A stretch of DNA of 48,424 nt from Actinomycetota bacterium (GTDB lineage: Bacteria > Actinomycetota > Actinomycetes > S36-B12 > UBA5976): NCBI GenBank assembly GCA_046046315.1, contig JBJOKB010000062.1:1-48424 (forward strand), read 5' to 3'. A program made the translations under genes and the position numbers. This document shows, one piece after another, positions 39,885-48,424 of this stretch. The notes under the pieces were generated by a model. It worked only from the letters and a program-made list of their open reading frames with translations, ran no database searches and was not told where the DNA came from. Position 1 is the stretch's first letter. Each line of letters opens with the position of its first letter.

Positions 39885-41159
39885 CTATCCCCCAAGTCGA
39901 ACTGGGTTAACAACATCAACGTATAGAAGCAACATTGATAAACCTATTAACAATATTGCTACCGAATACGCAAAAGGCAACATTTTTGAAGTGTCAGCAG
40001 GACCTGGATCTGGCAATCTGCGCAGTCTTGCAATTTGTCTTCTCAAACCTTCATAAATTGCGCCTGCAACATGTCCACCATCTAGAGGCAGTAGAGGTAA
40101 CAAATTAAATAAAAACAAAGCCATATTTAATCCACCAGCAAGATTTAAAAGCGTGGCAACTCTCCAAATAACTGGTATATCTGCAGCAGCAATTTCGCCG
40201 CCAACTCTGGTGACTCCAACTATTCCAACTAATCCTTCGGGATCTCTTTGCTCTCCTAAGAAAGCTGCACCAAATAATTGAGCGACTCTATTGGGCAAAT
40301 TTAATAAAACCTGACCTGTACCAATAGTGATATCACCCAGCGTTTGCACAACACTACTTATTGGCTGTTTTTCCATAATTATTTCAGGAGCAATTCCTAA
40401 ATAGGGCGTGGCTTTATTTTCAGACTCTTGATTTGCAGATTGTGGTCTAACTGCGTTCACAATCTGTGCACTTAACTCAATTACTTTTCCTTGCCTTAAT
40501 ACAGAAATTTCAACATTTCCTGGATTACTATTTTGAATCGCTAAAGCAAGCTCTTCCCAATTCGTAACTTCTTTGCCTGAAAAATTAACGATTTCATCTC
40601 CTGCCTTGATTCCAGCAGCCAATGCTGGAGACGGCGTGGTACCCATTAGACAATCGCCTAATACATCAACTTCACTTGGTAAACATGCAACAACTTGTTT
40701 AACTTGATTAGTTGCCGATGGAAAACCTATGGCAGAAAAAGAAATCGCGAAAAAGACAAAAGCCAACACTAAATTCATAAACGGTCCACCAATCATGACC
40801 GTGAGTTTTTTAGGAACACTTAATTTATAAAAAACCTTGTTTTCATCACCAATTTCAATTTCTTCCATACTTTGTTGTCTCGCTGAGTTAACTATTTCAG
40901 CAAATGGACCCTTTGCGTCTTTCCCATCTTTTGCTGGTGGGACCATTCCAATCATTCGGATATAGCCGCCAAGAGGGATTGCTTTAATGCCGTACTCAGT
41001 TTCGCCTTTTTTCTTTGACCAAAGAGTTGGGCCAAAGCCAATCATGTATTGAGTTACTTTTACCCCAAATTTTTTTGCTGGAGCGAGATGGCCAATTTCA
41101 TGTAACCCAATTGACAACATCACTACAAAAATTAAAAACAATATTCCTAAAATTTCCAC
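39885..41159 (-). CDS. rseP: Site-2 (M50) intramembrane zinc metalloprotease, RseP/Rip1-like
   Basis: 424 aa with HEIGH in TM1, a central PDZ region and a C-terminal LPLLPLDGGH motif. Confidence 0.88.
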   Translation of the reverse strand: MEILGILFLIFVVMLSIGLHEIGHLAPAKKFGVKVTQYMIGFGPTLWSKKKGETEYGIKAIPLGGYIRMIGMVPPAKDGKDAKGPFAEIVNSARQQSMEEIEIGDENKVFYKLSVPKKLTVMIGGPFMNLVLAFVFFAISFSAIGFPSATNQVKQVVACLPSEVDVLGDCLMGTTPSPALAAGIKAGDEIVNFSGKEVTNWEELALAIQNSNPGNVEISVLRQGKVIELSAQIVNAVRPQSANQESENKATPYLGIAPEIIMEKQPISSVVQTLGDITIGTGQVLLNLPNRVAQLFGAAFLGEQRDPEGLVGIVGVTRVGGEIAAADIPVIWRVATLLNLAGGLNMALFLFNLLPLLPLDGGHVAGAIYEGLRRQIARLRRLPDPGPADTSKMLPFAYSVAILLIGLSMLLLYVDVVNPVRLGG

Positions 41160-42335
41160 TTACTTCAAAACCTCGCTAATAATCTGTTTTGCTTCAATTC
41201 TGGCCTGCTTATCTGCATTAAATAATTTCTCAAGATTTAGATCTTTATTTGAAATAAATTCAGGACTAGCAAGATGCTTCTCTAATACTTTATTCACAAT
41301 TTCAACTATAGACAAGAAATCCAATTTTTGCTCGATGAAAGCTTGAACGCACACTTCATTTGCAGCATTCATTACCGCAGGAGCTGTTCCGCCCGCCTCG
41401 CCAGCAATTCTTGCAACTTTTAATGCCAAGAAAACGTTTTCATCAACACTTTCAAAATTCCAACTTGAAGATTTTCTCCAATTTATAGCTGGAGAAATGT
41501 TTTCTAAACGTTCTGGCCAACTTAAAGCAAGTGCTATTGGAACCTTCATATTTGGTGGTGAAGCTTGAGCCATCGTAGAACCGTCGACAAATTCCACCAT
41601 TGAATGAACAATCGATTGCGGGTGAATCACAACTTCAATGTCCTTAAAGCTAATACCAAATAGTAAATGTGCTTCAATAACTTCTAAACCTTTGTTCATT
41701 AATGTTGCCGAATTGATTGTTACTACTGGACCCATAGTCCAAGTTGGATGTTTTAACGTCTGCTCAACTGTTACATTTTCTAATTCATTTTTTGATTTAC
41801 CTCGGAATGGACCACCACTTGCTGTTAAAATTAGTTTCTTAATTTGTGACTTATTCTCTCCTCTCAAGCATTGAGCAAGAGCAGAATGTTCAGAATCAAC
41901 TGGGATTATTTGATCTGTGCCAGCAATATCTAAGACAAGTTTTCCGCCAATTACCAACGATTCTTTATTCGCTAAAGCTAGTTTTGCACCTGACTTAAGT
42001 GCAGAAATTGTGGCAGGAAGTCCAGCTGCTCCTGTAATTCCATTTAGAACAACGTCGCTTCCTAATTCTGCAATTTCAGCACTAGCATTTTCTCCCACTA
42101 TTATTTTTGTGCTGACATTGTCTAATTTTTGTTTTAATAATTCTGCAGTTTTATCATCTAAGACCGAAACCTTTTGAGGGCTGAACCTTTTAATTTGCTC
42201 AGCTAATAATTCAACATTTTTACCAGCTGATAGTCCAACTATTTCGAATTTGTCATTGTGTTTTTCGATTACTTCAAGTCCTTGAGTTCCTATTGATCCG
42301 GTGGAACCCAGCACAGAAATTCGGCGTTTTGGCAC
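41160..42335 (-). CDS. dxr: 1-deoxy-D-xylulose-5-phosphate reductoisomerase (GTG start)
   Basis: 391 aa with GSTGSIG NADPH motif, DSEHSA and a typical Dxr C-terminus. SD GGAGA upstream. Confidence 0.95.
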   Translation of the reverse strand: MPKRRISVLGSTGSIGTQGLEVIEKHNDKFEIVGLSAGKNVELLAEQIKRFSPQKVSVLDDKTAELLKQKLDNVSTKIIVGENASAEIAELGSDVVLNGITGAAGLPATISALKSGAKLALANKESLVIGGKLVLDIAGTDQIIPVDSEHSALAQCLRGENKSQIKKLILTASGGPFRGKSKNELENVTVEQTLKHPTWTMGPVVTINSATLMNKGLEVIEAHLLFGISFKDIEVVIHPQSIVHSMVEFVDGSTMAQASPPNMKVPIALALSWPERLENISPAINWRKSSSWNFESVDENVFLALKVARIAGEAGGTAPAVMNAANEVCVQAFIEQKLDFLSIVEIVNKVLEKHLASPEFISNKDLNLEKLFNADKQARIEAKQIISEVLK

Positions 42336-42401
42336 TCTCCAATTGTGCGATATTGCTCATTACGCGTAATCTTGCGGTAGGAAATTAAGCACAGGAGCAA
42401 C

Positions 42402-43745
42402 ATGTCAAGCAAAGTAGTCGGTGGACCAAGTCTGGAACAAAAACGTCGCATAGTTACTGCTATCCCCGGTCCTAAGTCTGTTGAGATGCAAAAGCGTCGA
42501 GTTGAAGTTGTTAGTGCTGGAGTAAGTAGCACTTTGCCAGTTTATGTAAAAAGAGCTGGTGGCGGAATCATTGAAGATATCGATGGAAACTCATTTATTG
42601 ATTTAGCTTCTGGAATTGCTGTAACGACTGTTGGTAATTCAAATCCTCGCGTTGTTGCCAATGTACAAGAAGCGGTCGAACAATTCACTCACACTTGTTT
42701 CATGATTGCTCCATATGAATCATATGTTCAAGTATGCGAAGCCCTTGCTCGTTTAACACCTGGAAACCATCCAAAAAGATCAGCACTTTTTAATTCAGGT
42801 GCAGAAGCTTTAGAAAATGCCGTCAAAATAGCAAGGTATTTCACTAAACGCGATGCAGTTGTTGTTGTTGAACATGGATACCACGGCAGAACTAATTTAA
42901 CTATGGCAATGACTGCAAAAAATATGCCATACAAAAAAGGTTTTGGACCTTTTGCTCCGGAAATTTATCGTGTTCCTACGTCTTATCCATTTCATGACGG
43001 TTTAACAGGAGATGAAGCTGGTGCGCATGCAATTTCAAGAATTGAAAAAGAAGTTGGGCCAGATCAAGTTGCCGCAATTGTTATTGAACCAATTCAAGGT
43101 GAAGGTGGATTTATAGTTCCGGCACCTGGTTTCTTGAGTGCCTTAGCTAATTGGGCAAAAAGTAACGGAGCTTTATTTATTGCTGATGAAGTTCAAACTG
43201 GATTTGCCAGAACTGGTTCCATGTTTGCATCTGATCATGAACAGATAGTTCCTGATTTAATTACCATGGCAAAAGGTATGGGTGGTGGACTTCCAGTTGC
43301 TGCGGTGACAGGACGAGCAGATGTCATGGATTCAATTCATGGTGGTGGATTAGGTGGAACTTATGGCGGAAATCCAATTGCATTAGCTGGAGCTTTAGGT
43401 GCAATTGAGACCATAGAAAAAGACAATTTAGTTGAGTCAGCCAAACATATTGAATCAATAATGATTCCAAGATTACAAAATATGGCAAAGCAGCATCAAT
43501 TAATTGGTGATGTGCGAGGCCGAGGTGCAATGGTTGCAATTGAAATAGTTAAACCAGGGACAAATACACCAGATCCTGAAACAACAACAAAAATTGTTAA
43601 ATCATGTCACTCAGAAGGTGTGTTAGTTTTAACAGCTGGAACATATGGAAATGTTCTCAGATTTTTGCCACCGCTTGTCATTAGCGATGATTTGCTGAAC
43701 GAAGGACTTGATGTCCTTGAAAAAGCAATAGCTGCAGCTAGTTAA
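42402..43745 (+). CDS. gabT: 4-aminobutyrate--2-oxoglutarate transaminase (class III aminotransferase)
   Basis: 447 aa with ADEVQTGFARTG and TMAKGMGGG (PLP lysine). Overall GabT-like N-terminus (LEQKRR..TAIPGPKS). Substrate assignment is by family resemblance only. Confidence 0.8.
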   Translation: MSSKVVGGPSLEQKRRIVTAIPGPKSVEMQKRRVEVVSAGVSSTLPVYVKRAGGGIIEDIDGNSFIDLASGIAVTTVGNSNPRVVANVQEAVEQFTHTCFMIAPYESYVQVCEALARLTPGNHPKRSALFNSGAEALENAVKIARYFTKRDAVVVVEHGYHGRTNLTMAMTAKNMPYKKGFGPFAPEIYRVPTSYPFHDGLTGDEAGAHAISRIEKEVGPDQVAAIVIEPIQGEGGFIVPAPGFLSALANWAKSNGALFIADEVQTGFARTGSMFASDHEQIVPDLITMAKGMGGGLPVAAVTGRADVMDSIHGGGLGGTYGGNPIALAGALGAIETIEKDNLVESAKHIESIMIPRLQNMAKQHQLIGDVRGRGAMVAIEIVKPGTNTPDPETTTKIVKSCHSEGVLVLTAGTYGNVLRFLPPLVISDDLLNEGLDVLEKAIAAAS

Positions 43746-44431
43746 TTCTTTTTATAAACTGCTAAATAAGCAGGATGAATTGGAATTAATCTGGTAATCC
43801 AAGCAGGAAAATGTGGCAAGAAAGAATCTCTCAGTGTAGTTAAACCATTTTCTTCAAACATTTTTCTAATCTCAGAACCTTTTGGTCTGTAAATGTGAGT
43901 TGGATCGGAATCATAAAGATATTTATATTCCCACTTATTGAAAGCATTGTTAATGGTTGGTAAATGCACCAGCGCAATTCCTCCAGGTTTTAAAGCATCA
44001 CAAATTGCTTTTATTCCTGCAGCTGGATTTGGCAGGTGCTCAATGACGTTTATTGCCAAAACTAAGTCAAATTTATAATCAAACGCAACTCCATTTTGGA
44101 TGTCTGCGACTTTAAATTCTCGTTTAGGAGAACGCTTTTTTGCTACTTCGATGGCGTGATCTGAAATATCTGATCCACACACAATTTTTGCTGAATCAAA
44201 ATAGTCCAGTAACCAACCGTATCCACAACCAATATCTATAACACTTGCATTCCCTAATTCAGTCGAGCCATATTTGGCAAACATTTTTACTAATAAGTTG
44301 TCCCGTAATTTATCAATTTTGGTTTGACTTGGATTTCCTAATTCATCCGTTGCTCCATACAAATTTACAAAATAGTCCTTGGAATCAAATGTTTCATTAA
44401 AACTTTGATGATTTTTTTTACTTTGACTCAT
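43742..44431 (-). CDS. Class I SAM-dependent methyltransferase, substrate unknown
   Basis: 229 aa with motif I VIDIGCGYGW and an acidic post-I GSDIS. Confidence 0.72.
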   Translation of the reverse strand: MSQSKKNHQSFNETFDSKDYFVNLYGATDELGNPSQTKIDKLRDNLLVKMFAKYGSTELGNASVIDIGCGYGWLLDYFDSAKIVCGSDISDHAIEVAKKRSPKREFKVADIQNGVAFDYKFDLVLAINVIEHLPNPAAGIKAICDALKPGGIALVHLPTINNAFNKWEYKYLYDSDPTHIYRPKGSEIRKMFEENGLTTLRDSFLPHFPAWITRLIPIHPAYLAVYKKN

Positions 44432-44443
44432 AATTCCCTTTTC

Positions 44444-45544
44444 CTAAATAGCACTCGCTGCTAACTGACCGCAAGCACCATCAATTTCTCTTCCCCTGGT
44501 GTCTCTTACCGTTACTGCAATTCCTGATTGTTCCAATATTTCAACAAATGTTTTTTCATCTTGCGGATCTGAAGCTGTCCATTTGGAACCTGGTGTTGGA
44601 TTAAGTGGAATTAAATTAACGTGAACATCTTTGCCTCTTAATAAATTTGCTAATTGCTTGGCGTGAATTTCTTGATCATTTATTGATTTGATCATGGCGT
44701 ATTCGATTGAGACTCTTCGACCACTTGTTTCTGCATATTTCCAAGATGCGTCCAAAACCTGTTTAATCGGATATCTTTCATTTATTGGCACAAGTGTGTC
44801 TCTTAATTCGTCAGTTGGTGCATGCAAACTTACAGCTAGTCGCACCGGTAATCCAAGTGCTGCTAAATCATTAATTCGAGGCACAATTCCAACCGTGCTC
44901 ACAGTTATATTTCTTGCACTTATTCCTAATCCTTCAGGAGAGTCATCATGTATGCGATGAATTGTTCCAACCACAGCATTAAAATTTGCCATTGGTTCTC
45001 CCATTCCCATAAAAACAATGTTCGATAGTCGAGAAGGGCCTTCAGGAAGTAAACCTTGCGCAGCATATCGAGCACCAGCTTGTACTTGTGAAACTATTTC
45101 TGCTGTAGAAAGATTTCTTTTTAAACCACCTTGACCGGTAGCGCAAAAAGGACAAGCCATTCCGCAACCAGCTTGAGATGAAATACAAATTGTTGTTCTA
45201 TTCGGGTAATGCATCAAAACACTTTCAATTAACAATCCATCATGTAATTTCCATAATGTTTTAACTGTATTTCCGCCATCTGCTTTTTGAACTTTCAATT
45301 CACTAATTAATTTAGGAGTTAATAATTCAGCTATTTTTTGCCTATCCCCTGCAGGAAGATCGGTCCACTCGTCATAATTATCAGAAAGTTGACCAAACCA
45401 ATGTCTACTTACTTGATCCGCTCTAAAACCAGGCAAACCTAATTCTTCAGCAAATTTCTTTCTATCTTTTAGATTGAAATCAGCAATGTGTCTCGGCGGT
45501 TTTTTTCTATTTGTTTCTTTGTTGTTTTCTATTATTTCTAACAT
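44444..45544 (-). CDS. rlmN: 23S rRNA/tRNA adenine-C2 methyltransferase (radical SAM)
   Basis: 366 aa with [11 protein letters not shown] radical SAM motif and C-terminal catalytic Cys (DGACGQL). Confidence 0.93.
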   Translation of the reverse strand: MLEIIENNKETNRKKPPRHIADFNLKDRKKFAEELGLPGFRADQVSRHWFGQLSDNYDEWTDLPAGDRQKIAELLTPKLISELKVQKADGGNTVKTLWKLHDGLLIESVLMHYPNRTTICISSQAGCGMACPFCATGQGGLKRNLSTAEIVSQVQAGARYAAQGLLPEGPSRLSNIVFMGMGEPMANFNAVVGTIHRIHDDSPEGLGISARNITVSTVGIVPRINDLAALGLPVRLAVSLHAPTDELRDTLVPINERYPIKQVLDASWKYAETSGRRVSIEYAMIKSINDQEIHAKQLANLLRGKDVHVNLIPLNPTPGSKWTASDPQDEKTFVEILEQSGIAVTVRDTRGREIDGACGQLAASAI

Positions 45545-46369
45545 TTAGTTAAATCCCAAGAAAAGTCCAAATAACAGAAATGACACAAGTGCATTTGGAG
45601 CTAATGAATCAAGGCGATCAAACATTCCTCCATGGCCTGGAATCAGAGTAGAAAAATCTTTAATATCAAGTTTTCTCTTTAGTGAACTTTCAAATAAATC
45701 TCCTAAAGTTCCAGAGATCGCTAAAACAACTCCAAGAATTAATCCCTCAATAATTTGAATATCAACGAGTTTTGGGCCAACTAGACTTGCAAAAACTGAA
45801 GCAAAAACTATTGAACCTAATAGACCCTCATAAGACTTCTTCGGTGAAATTTTAGGTGCGATTCGATGTTTACCGATTAAAATTCCAATTAAATATCCAC
45901 CTGTGTCACTTAAAGCTGTTATAGCAATGAATAAGAAGACTCGACCTGCGCCCTCTTCAGTTCTTAGCATCAACATAGCTAAAGAACCAAATATTCCCAG
46001 ATAACTAAAAGAAAATAAAGAAATTGCAAATATATTTCTAAAATTTGATTTGTGTCTTGTTAATAATGAGTAAATAAGATTTAAGATAGTTGAAATAGTG
46101 AATGATATTAATAAACCAGAGAATCCGAATATGACAGAAGATAAAGTCATAATTAAAATAGAAAAAGCAATTAATGGATATGATGCAACAATCTTCTTGG
46201 ATTTTGCCCATTGATTTGTTATTTCATGTGCAGCTAATAATAAAGCAGATAAAGCAAGTGCAACAAAAACATATTTATTTATAAAAAGTGATGCAATCAC
46301 CAAAGCAATAAGGAAAATGCCAATTGCTGTTGCAACAGGTAGATTTCTTCCGGTTTGAATTTTGCTCAC
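45545..46369 (-). CDS. cdsA: Phosphatidate cytidylyltransferase (GTG start)
   Basis: 274 aa membrane protein with the CTP-transferase signature SxxKRxxxxKDxxxxxPGHGGxxDRxDS (SLKRKLDIKDFSTLIPGHGGMFDRLDS). Confidence 0.9.
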   Translation of the reverse strand: MSKIQTGRNLPVATAIGIFLIALVIASLFINKYVFVALALSALLLAAHEITNQWAKSKKIVASYPLIAFSILIMTLSSVIFGFSGLLISFTISTILNLIYSLLTRHKSNFRNIFAISLFSFSYLGIFGSLAMLMLRTEEGAGRVFLFIAITALSDTGGYLIGILIGKHRIAPKISPKKSYEGLLGSIVFASVFASLVGPKLVDIQIIEGLILGVVLAISGTLGDLFESSLKRKLDIKDFSTLIPGHGGMFDRLDSLAPNALVSFLLFGLFLGFN

Positions 46370-46410
46370 AATTGGACTTTAGCCCAGACTTAATTGAAAA
46401 GAGGTTTAAG

Positions 46411-46968
46411 TTAAACCTCTAGGAGTTCAGATTCTTTGTGCTTGAGGACTTCGTCAATGGCGTGTACGCCTTTATTGGTTATTTCATCAAGCGCCTTCTC
46501 GGCTCGCTTAACATCATCTTCACTTACATCGCCATCTTTTTTTGATTTGTCGAGTGCATCTTTTGCATTTCTTCGGATATTTCTTATTGAAATACGCGCA
46601 TCTTCTGCTTTATTTTTTGCAACTTTAATGAATTCTTTTCGTCGTTCTTCAGTTAATTGTGGGATTGCAACTCTAATAATTCCTCCATCATTTGATGGAT
46701 TGACTCCCAAATCACTTTCGCGAATAGCTTTTTCTATTGCTTGGATCGCACTCTTATCAAACGGGGTAATTATGATCATCCTTGCTTCTGGAGTTTGAAA
46801 AGTTGCCATTTGATTTAGAGGAGTTTGAGTTCCATAGTAGTCAGCAGAAATTTTGTTGAACATTGAAGCATTTGCTCTTCCGGTTCTAATTGTTGCAAAA
46901 TCTTCTTTCGCTACCTCAATGGCTTTATCTATTTTTGCTTGTGCTTCCTTAAGAATCGAGTCGGTCAT
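46411..46968 (-). CDS. frr: Ribosome recycling factor
   Basis: 185 aa with typical RRF sequence (RTGRANASMF, IPQLTEERRKE). Confidence 0.96.
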   Translation of the reverse strand: MTDSILKEAQAKIDKAIEVAKEDFATIRTGRANASMFNKISADYYGTQTPLNQMATFQTPEARMIIITPFDKSAIQAIEKAIRESDLGVNPSNDGGIIRVAIPQLTEERRKEFIKVAKNKAEDARISIRNIRRNAKDALDKSKKDGDVSEDDVKRAEKALDEITNKGVHAIDEVLKHKESELLEV

Positions 46969-46970
46969 TT

Positions 46971-47687
46971 CTAGGCTCCCTGAATTATGGTGCCAATAGT
47001 TTTACCGGCAACAGCTTTAGCAATATTTCCATCTTCCAATAAATTGAACACTACAATTGGCAAATCATTGTCTCGGCATAAACTAATTGCGGTTGCATCC
47101 GCTACTTTTAAGCCTTTTTGCAAAACTTCATCATAAGTTAATTTGTCATATTTCTTTGCATCAGGATTTTTTCTTGGATCTGAGTCATAAACTCCATCAA
47201 CTCCTTTTGCCATTAATACAACTTCTGCACCAATTTCTAATGCTCTTTGTGCCGCGGTCGTATCTGTGGAGAAGAACGGTGCACCCAAACCTGCACCAAA
47301 TATGACGACTCGTCCTTTTTCTAAATGTCTAATGGCTCTTCTTGGAACATATGATTCTGCAACTTGACCCATAGTTATTGCTGTTTGCACTCTGGTTTCA
47401 ACTTTTTGTTTTTCAAGAAAATCTTGCAATGCTAAACAGTTCATTACTGTGCCAAGCATTCCCATGTAGTCTGCACGAGCTCTATCCATGCCACGTTCAG
47501 ATAGTTGTGCACCACGGAAATAATTTCCGCCACCAATTACTACAGCTACTTGTGCACCATCTTGAACAACATCAGCAATCTGGGCCGCAATACTAGAAAC
47601 AACGTCAGGATCAACGCCTAATGCTCCACTTCCGGCAAATGCTTCTCCGGATAGTTTGAGTAAAACGCGTCCGTAACGTTTAGACAT
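46971..47687 (-). CDS. pyrH: UMP kinase
   Basis: 238 aa. [21 protein letters not shown] and [11 protein letters not shown] are typical of PyrH. Confidence 0.96.
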   Translation of the reverse strand: MSKRYGRVLLKLSGEAFAGSGALGVDPDVVSSIAAQIADVVQDGAQVAVVIGGGNYFRGAQLSERGMDRARADYMGMLGTVMNCLALQDFLEKQKVETRVQTAITMGQVAESYVPRRAIRHLEKGRVVIFGAGLGAPFFSTDTTAAQRALEIGAEVVLMAKGVDGVYDSDPRKNPDAKKYDKLTYDEVLQKGLKVADATAISLCRDNDLPIVVFNLLEDGNIAKAVAGKTIGTIIQGA

Positions 47688-48424
47688 TTAGCTTTGGCCA
47701 ACCTTGAATCTGGCAAATTGTTGAACATTTACGCCATTCTCTTTCAAATGATCTGCGATAGTTTTCTTGTTATCTCTAACCCATGCTTGCTCAAGCAAGC
47801 AAAAGTCTTTGTAATAGGAACCAACGCGTCCTTCAACAATTTTTGTAATTGCTGCCTCTGGTTTTCCTTCTTCTCTAGCAGTCTGCTCAGCTACACGTTT
47901 TTCAGATTCAATAACTTCAGCTGGAACGCTTTCACGTGACAAATAAATTGGAGCCATCGCCGCAATTTGTTGCGCAACATCTTTTGCAACTTGTTCATTT
48001 TCTTTATCAAGTTGAACCATCGCACCAACGCCTGCTGGAAGTGATGGATCAGGTTTGTGTAAATAAACGGAAACATATCCGCCAGAAAATTGGGCAAATC
48101 TTCTGATTTCAACTTTCTCTCCCATAAATGCATTTGCTTCATCAAGAAGTTGCTTAACAGATTTACCATCTGATTGAACATTCATAAGAGCATCAACATC
48201 TTTTGGTTTTTCACTCAAAATCAAACTTGCTACCTTGTCACCAAGCTTGATGAAATCATCAGTTTTTGCAACAAAGTCTGTTTCGCAATTTACTTCCACA
48301 AACGCGCCATCTGTCTTGTTGCTAACTACTCCAGCAACAATTCCTGCAGAAGCATTTCGACCTTCACGCTTACCTACGTCTTTGGCTCCTTTAACTCTTA
48401 AGAGTTCGACTGCAGCATTGAAAT
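47688..48424 (-). CDS. tsf: Elongation factor Ts, N-terminal part outside the window
   Basis: The track ORF starts at an internal GTG. My translation stays open to the window edge (..FNAAVELLRVKGAKDVGKREGRNASAGIVAGVVSNKTDGAFVEVNCETDFVAKTDDF..), which is the classic EF-Ts core. Confidence 0.93.
   Translation of the reverse strand, partial: FNAAVELLRVKGAKDVGKREGRNASAGIVAGVVSNKTDGAFVEVNCETDFVAKTDDFIKLGDKVASLILSEKPKDVDALMNVQSDGKSVKQLLDEANAFMGEKVEIRRFAQFSGGYVSVYLHKPDPSLPAGVGAMVQLDKENEQVAKDVAQQIAAMAPIYLSRESVPAEVIESEKRVAEQTAREEGKPEAAITKIVEGRVGSYYKDFCLLEQAWVRDNKKTIADHLKENGVNVQQFARFKVGQS

Noticed and set aside
1-48424. Looked for tRNA/rRNA genes, CRISPR repeats, IS/transposase or integrase genes, toxin-antitoxin pairs and defence genes
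   Set aside because: No spacer longer than 198 nt exists and none has cloverleaf-like or regularly spaced repeat structure. Every ORF longer than about 60 aa that is not a shadow has a housekeeping or transporter/enzyme assignment.

Overview
This is a visibly AT-rich but clearly actinobacterial core-genome segment. A streamlined acI/Nanopelagicales-type planktonic actinobacterium is my guess for the taxon, and that is inference only. I call 48 protein genes and about 97% coding by my own coordinate arithmetic (about 1.6 kb non-coding in total). I saw no tRNA, rRNA, CRISPR array, transposase, integrase or phage gene. The minus strand carries a backbone: hflX-dapF-miaA-miaB, tgt, VOC-recX-recA-DUF3046, clgR-like-cinA(C)-pgsA-rimO-rodZ-like-ftsK-CDGSH-rnj-dapA-thyX, dapB-pepR-pnp-rpsO-ribF, truB-rbfA-infB-ylxR-nusA-rimP, tauE-proS-GNAT-ispG-rseP-dxr, and MTase-rlmN-cdsA-frr-pyrH-tsf. 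This order matches M. tuberculosis Rv2725c..Rv2889c as I recall it. Six small plus-strand units interrupt the backbone: yhhQ, a crtQ/crtO-like pair, azlCD, an SDR, a Tat-lipoprotein/DUF4439 pair, and gabT. I do not find a convincing new multi-gene system here. There is no defence island, no operon of unknowns and no mobile DNA, so the window reads as an ordinary housekeeping region. The leads worth a second look are listed below. (1) A queuosine-salvage pair, yhhQ plus a Tgt that appears to have a divergent substrate pocket and an insertion of about 25 aa. (2) A translationally coupled pair of uncharacterised ferritin-like proteins, only the first of which has a Tat/lipoprotein signal. (3) A staphyloxanthin-type carotenoid glycosyltransferase/acyltransferase pair. 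(4) Structured leaders in the few long intergenic spacers: rpsO-pnp, upstream of rpsO, ylxR-infB, and ftsK to the rodZ-like gene. (5) A canonical LexA box at recA. (6) All six convergent gene junctions leave no room for a terminator, and three of them share a TTAA double stop. All homology statements come from motif recognition and memory, not from searches.
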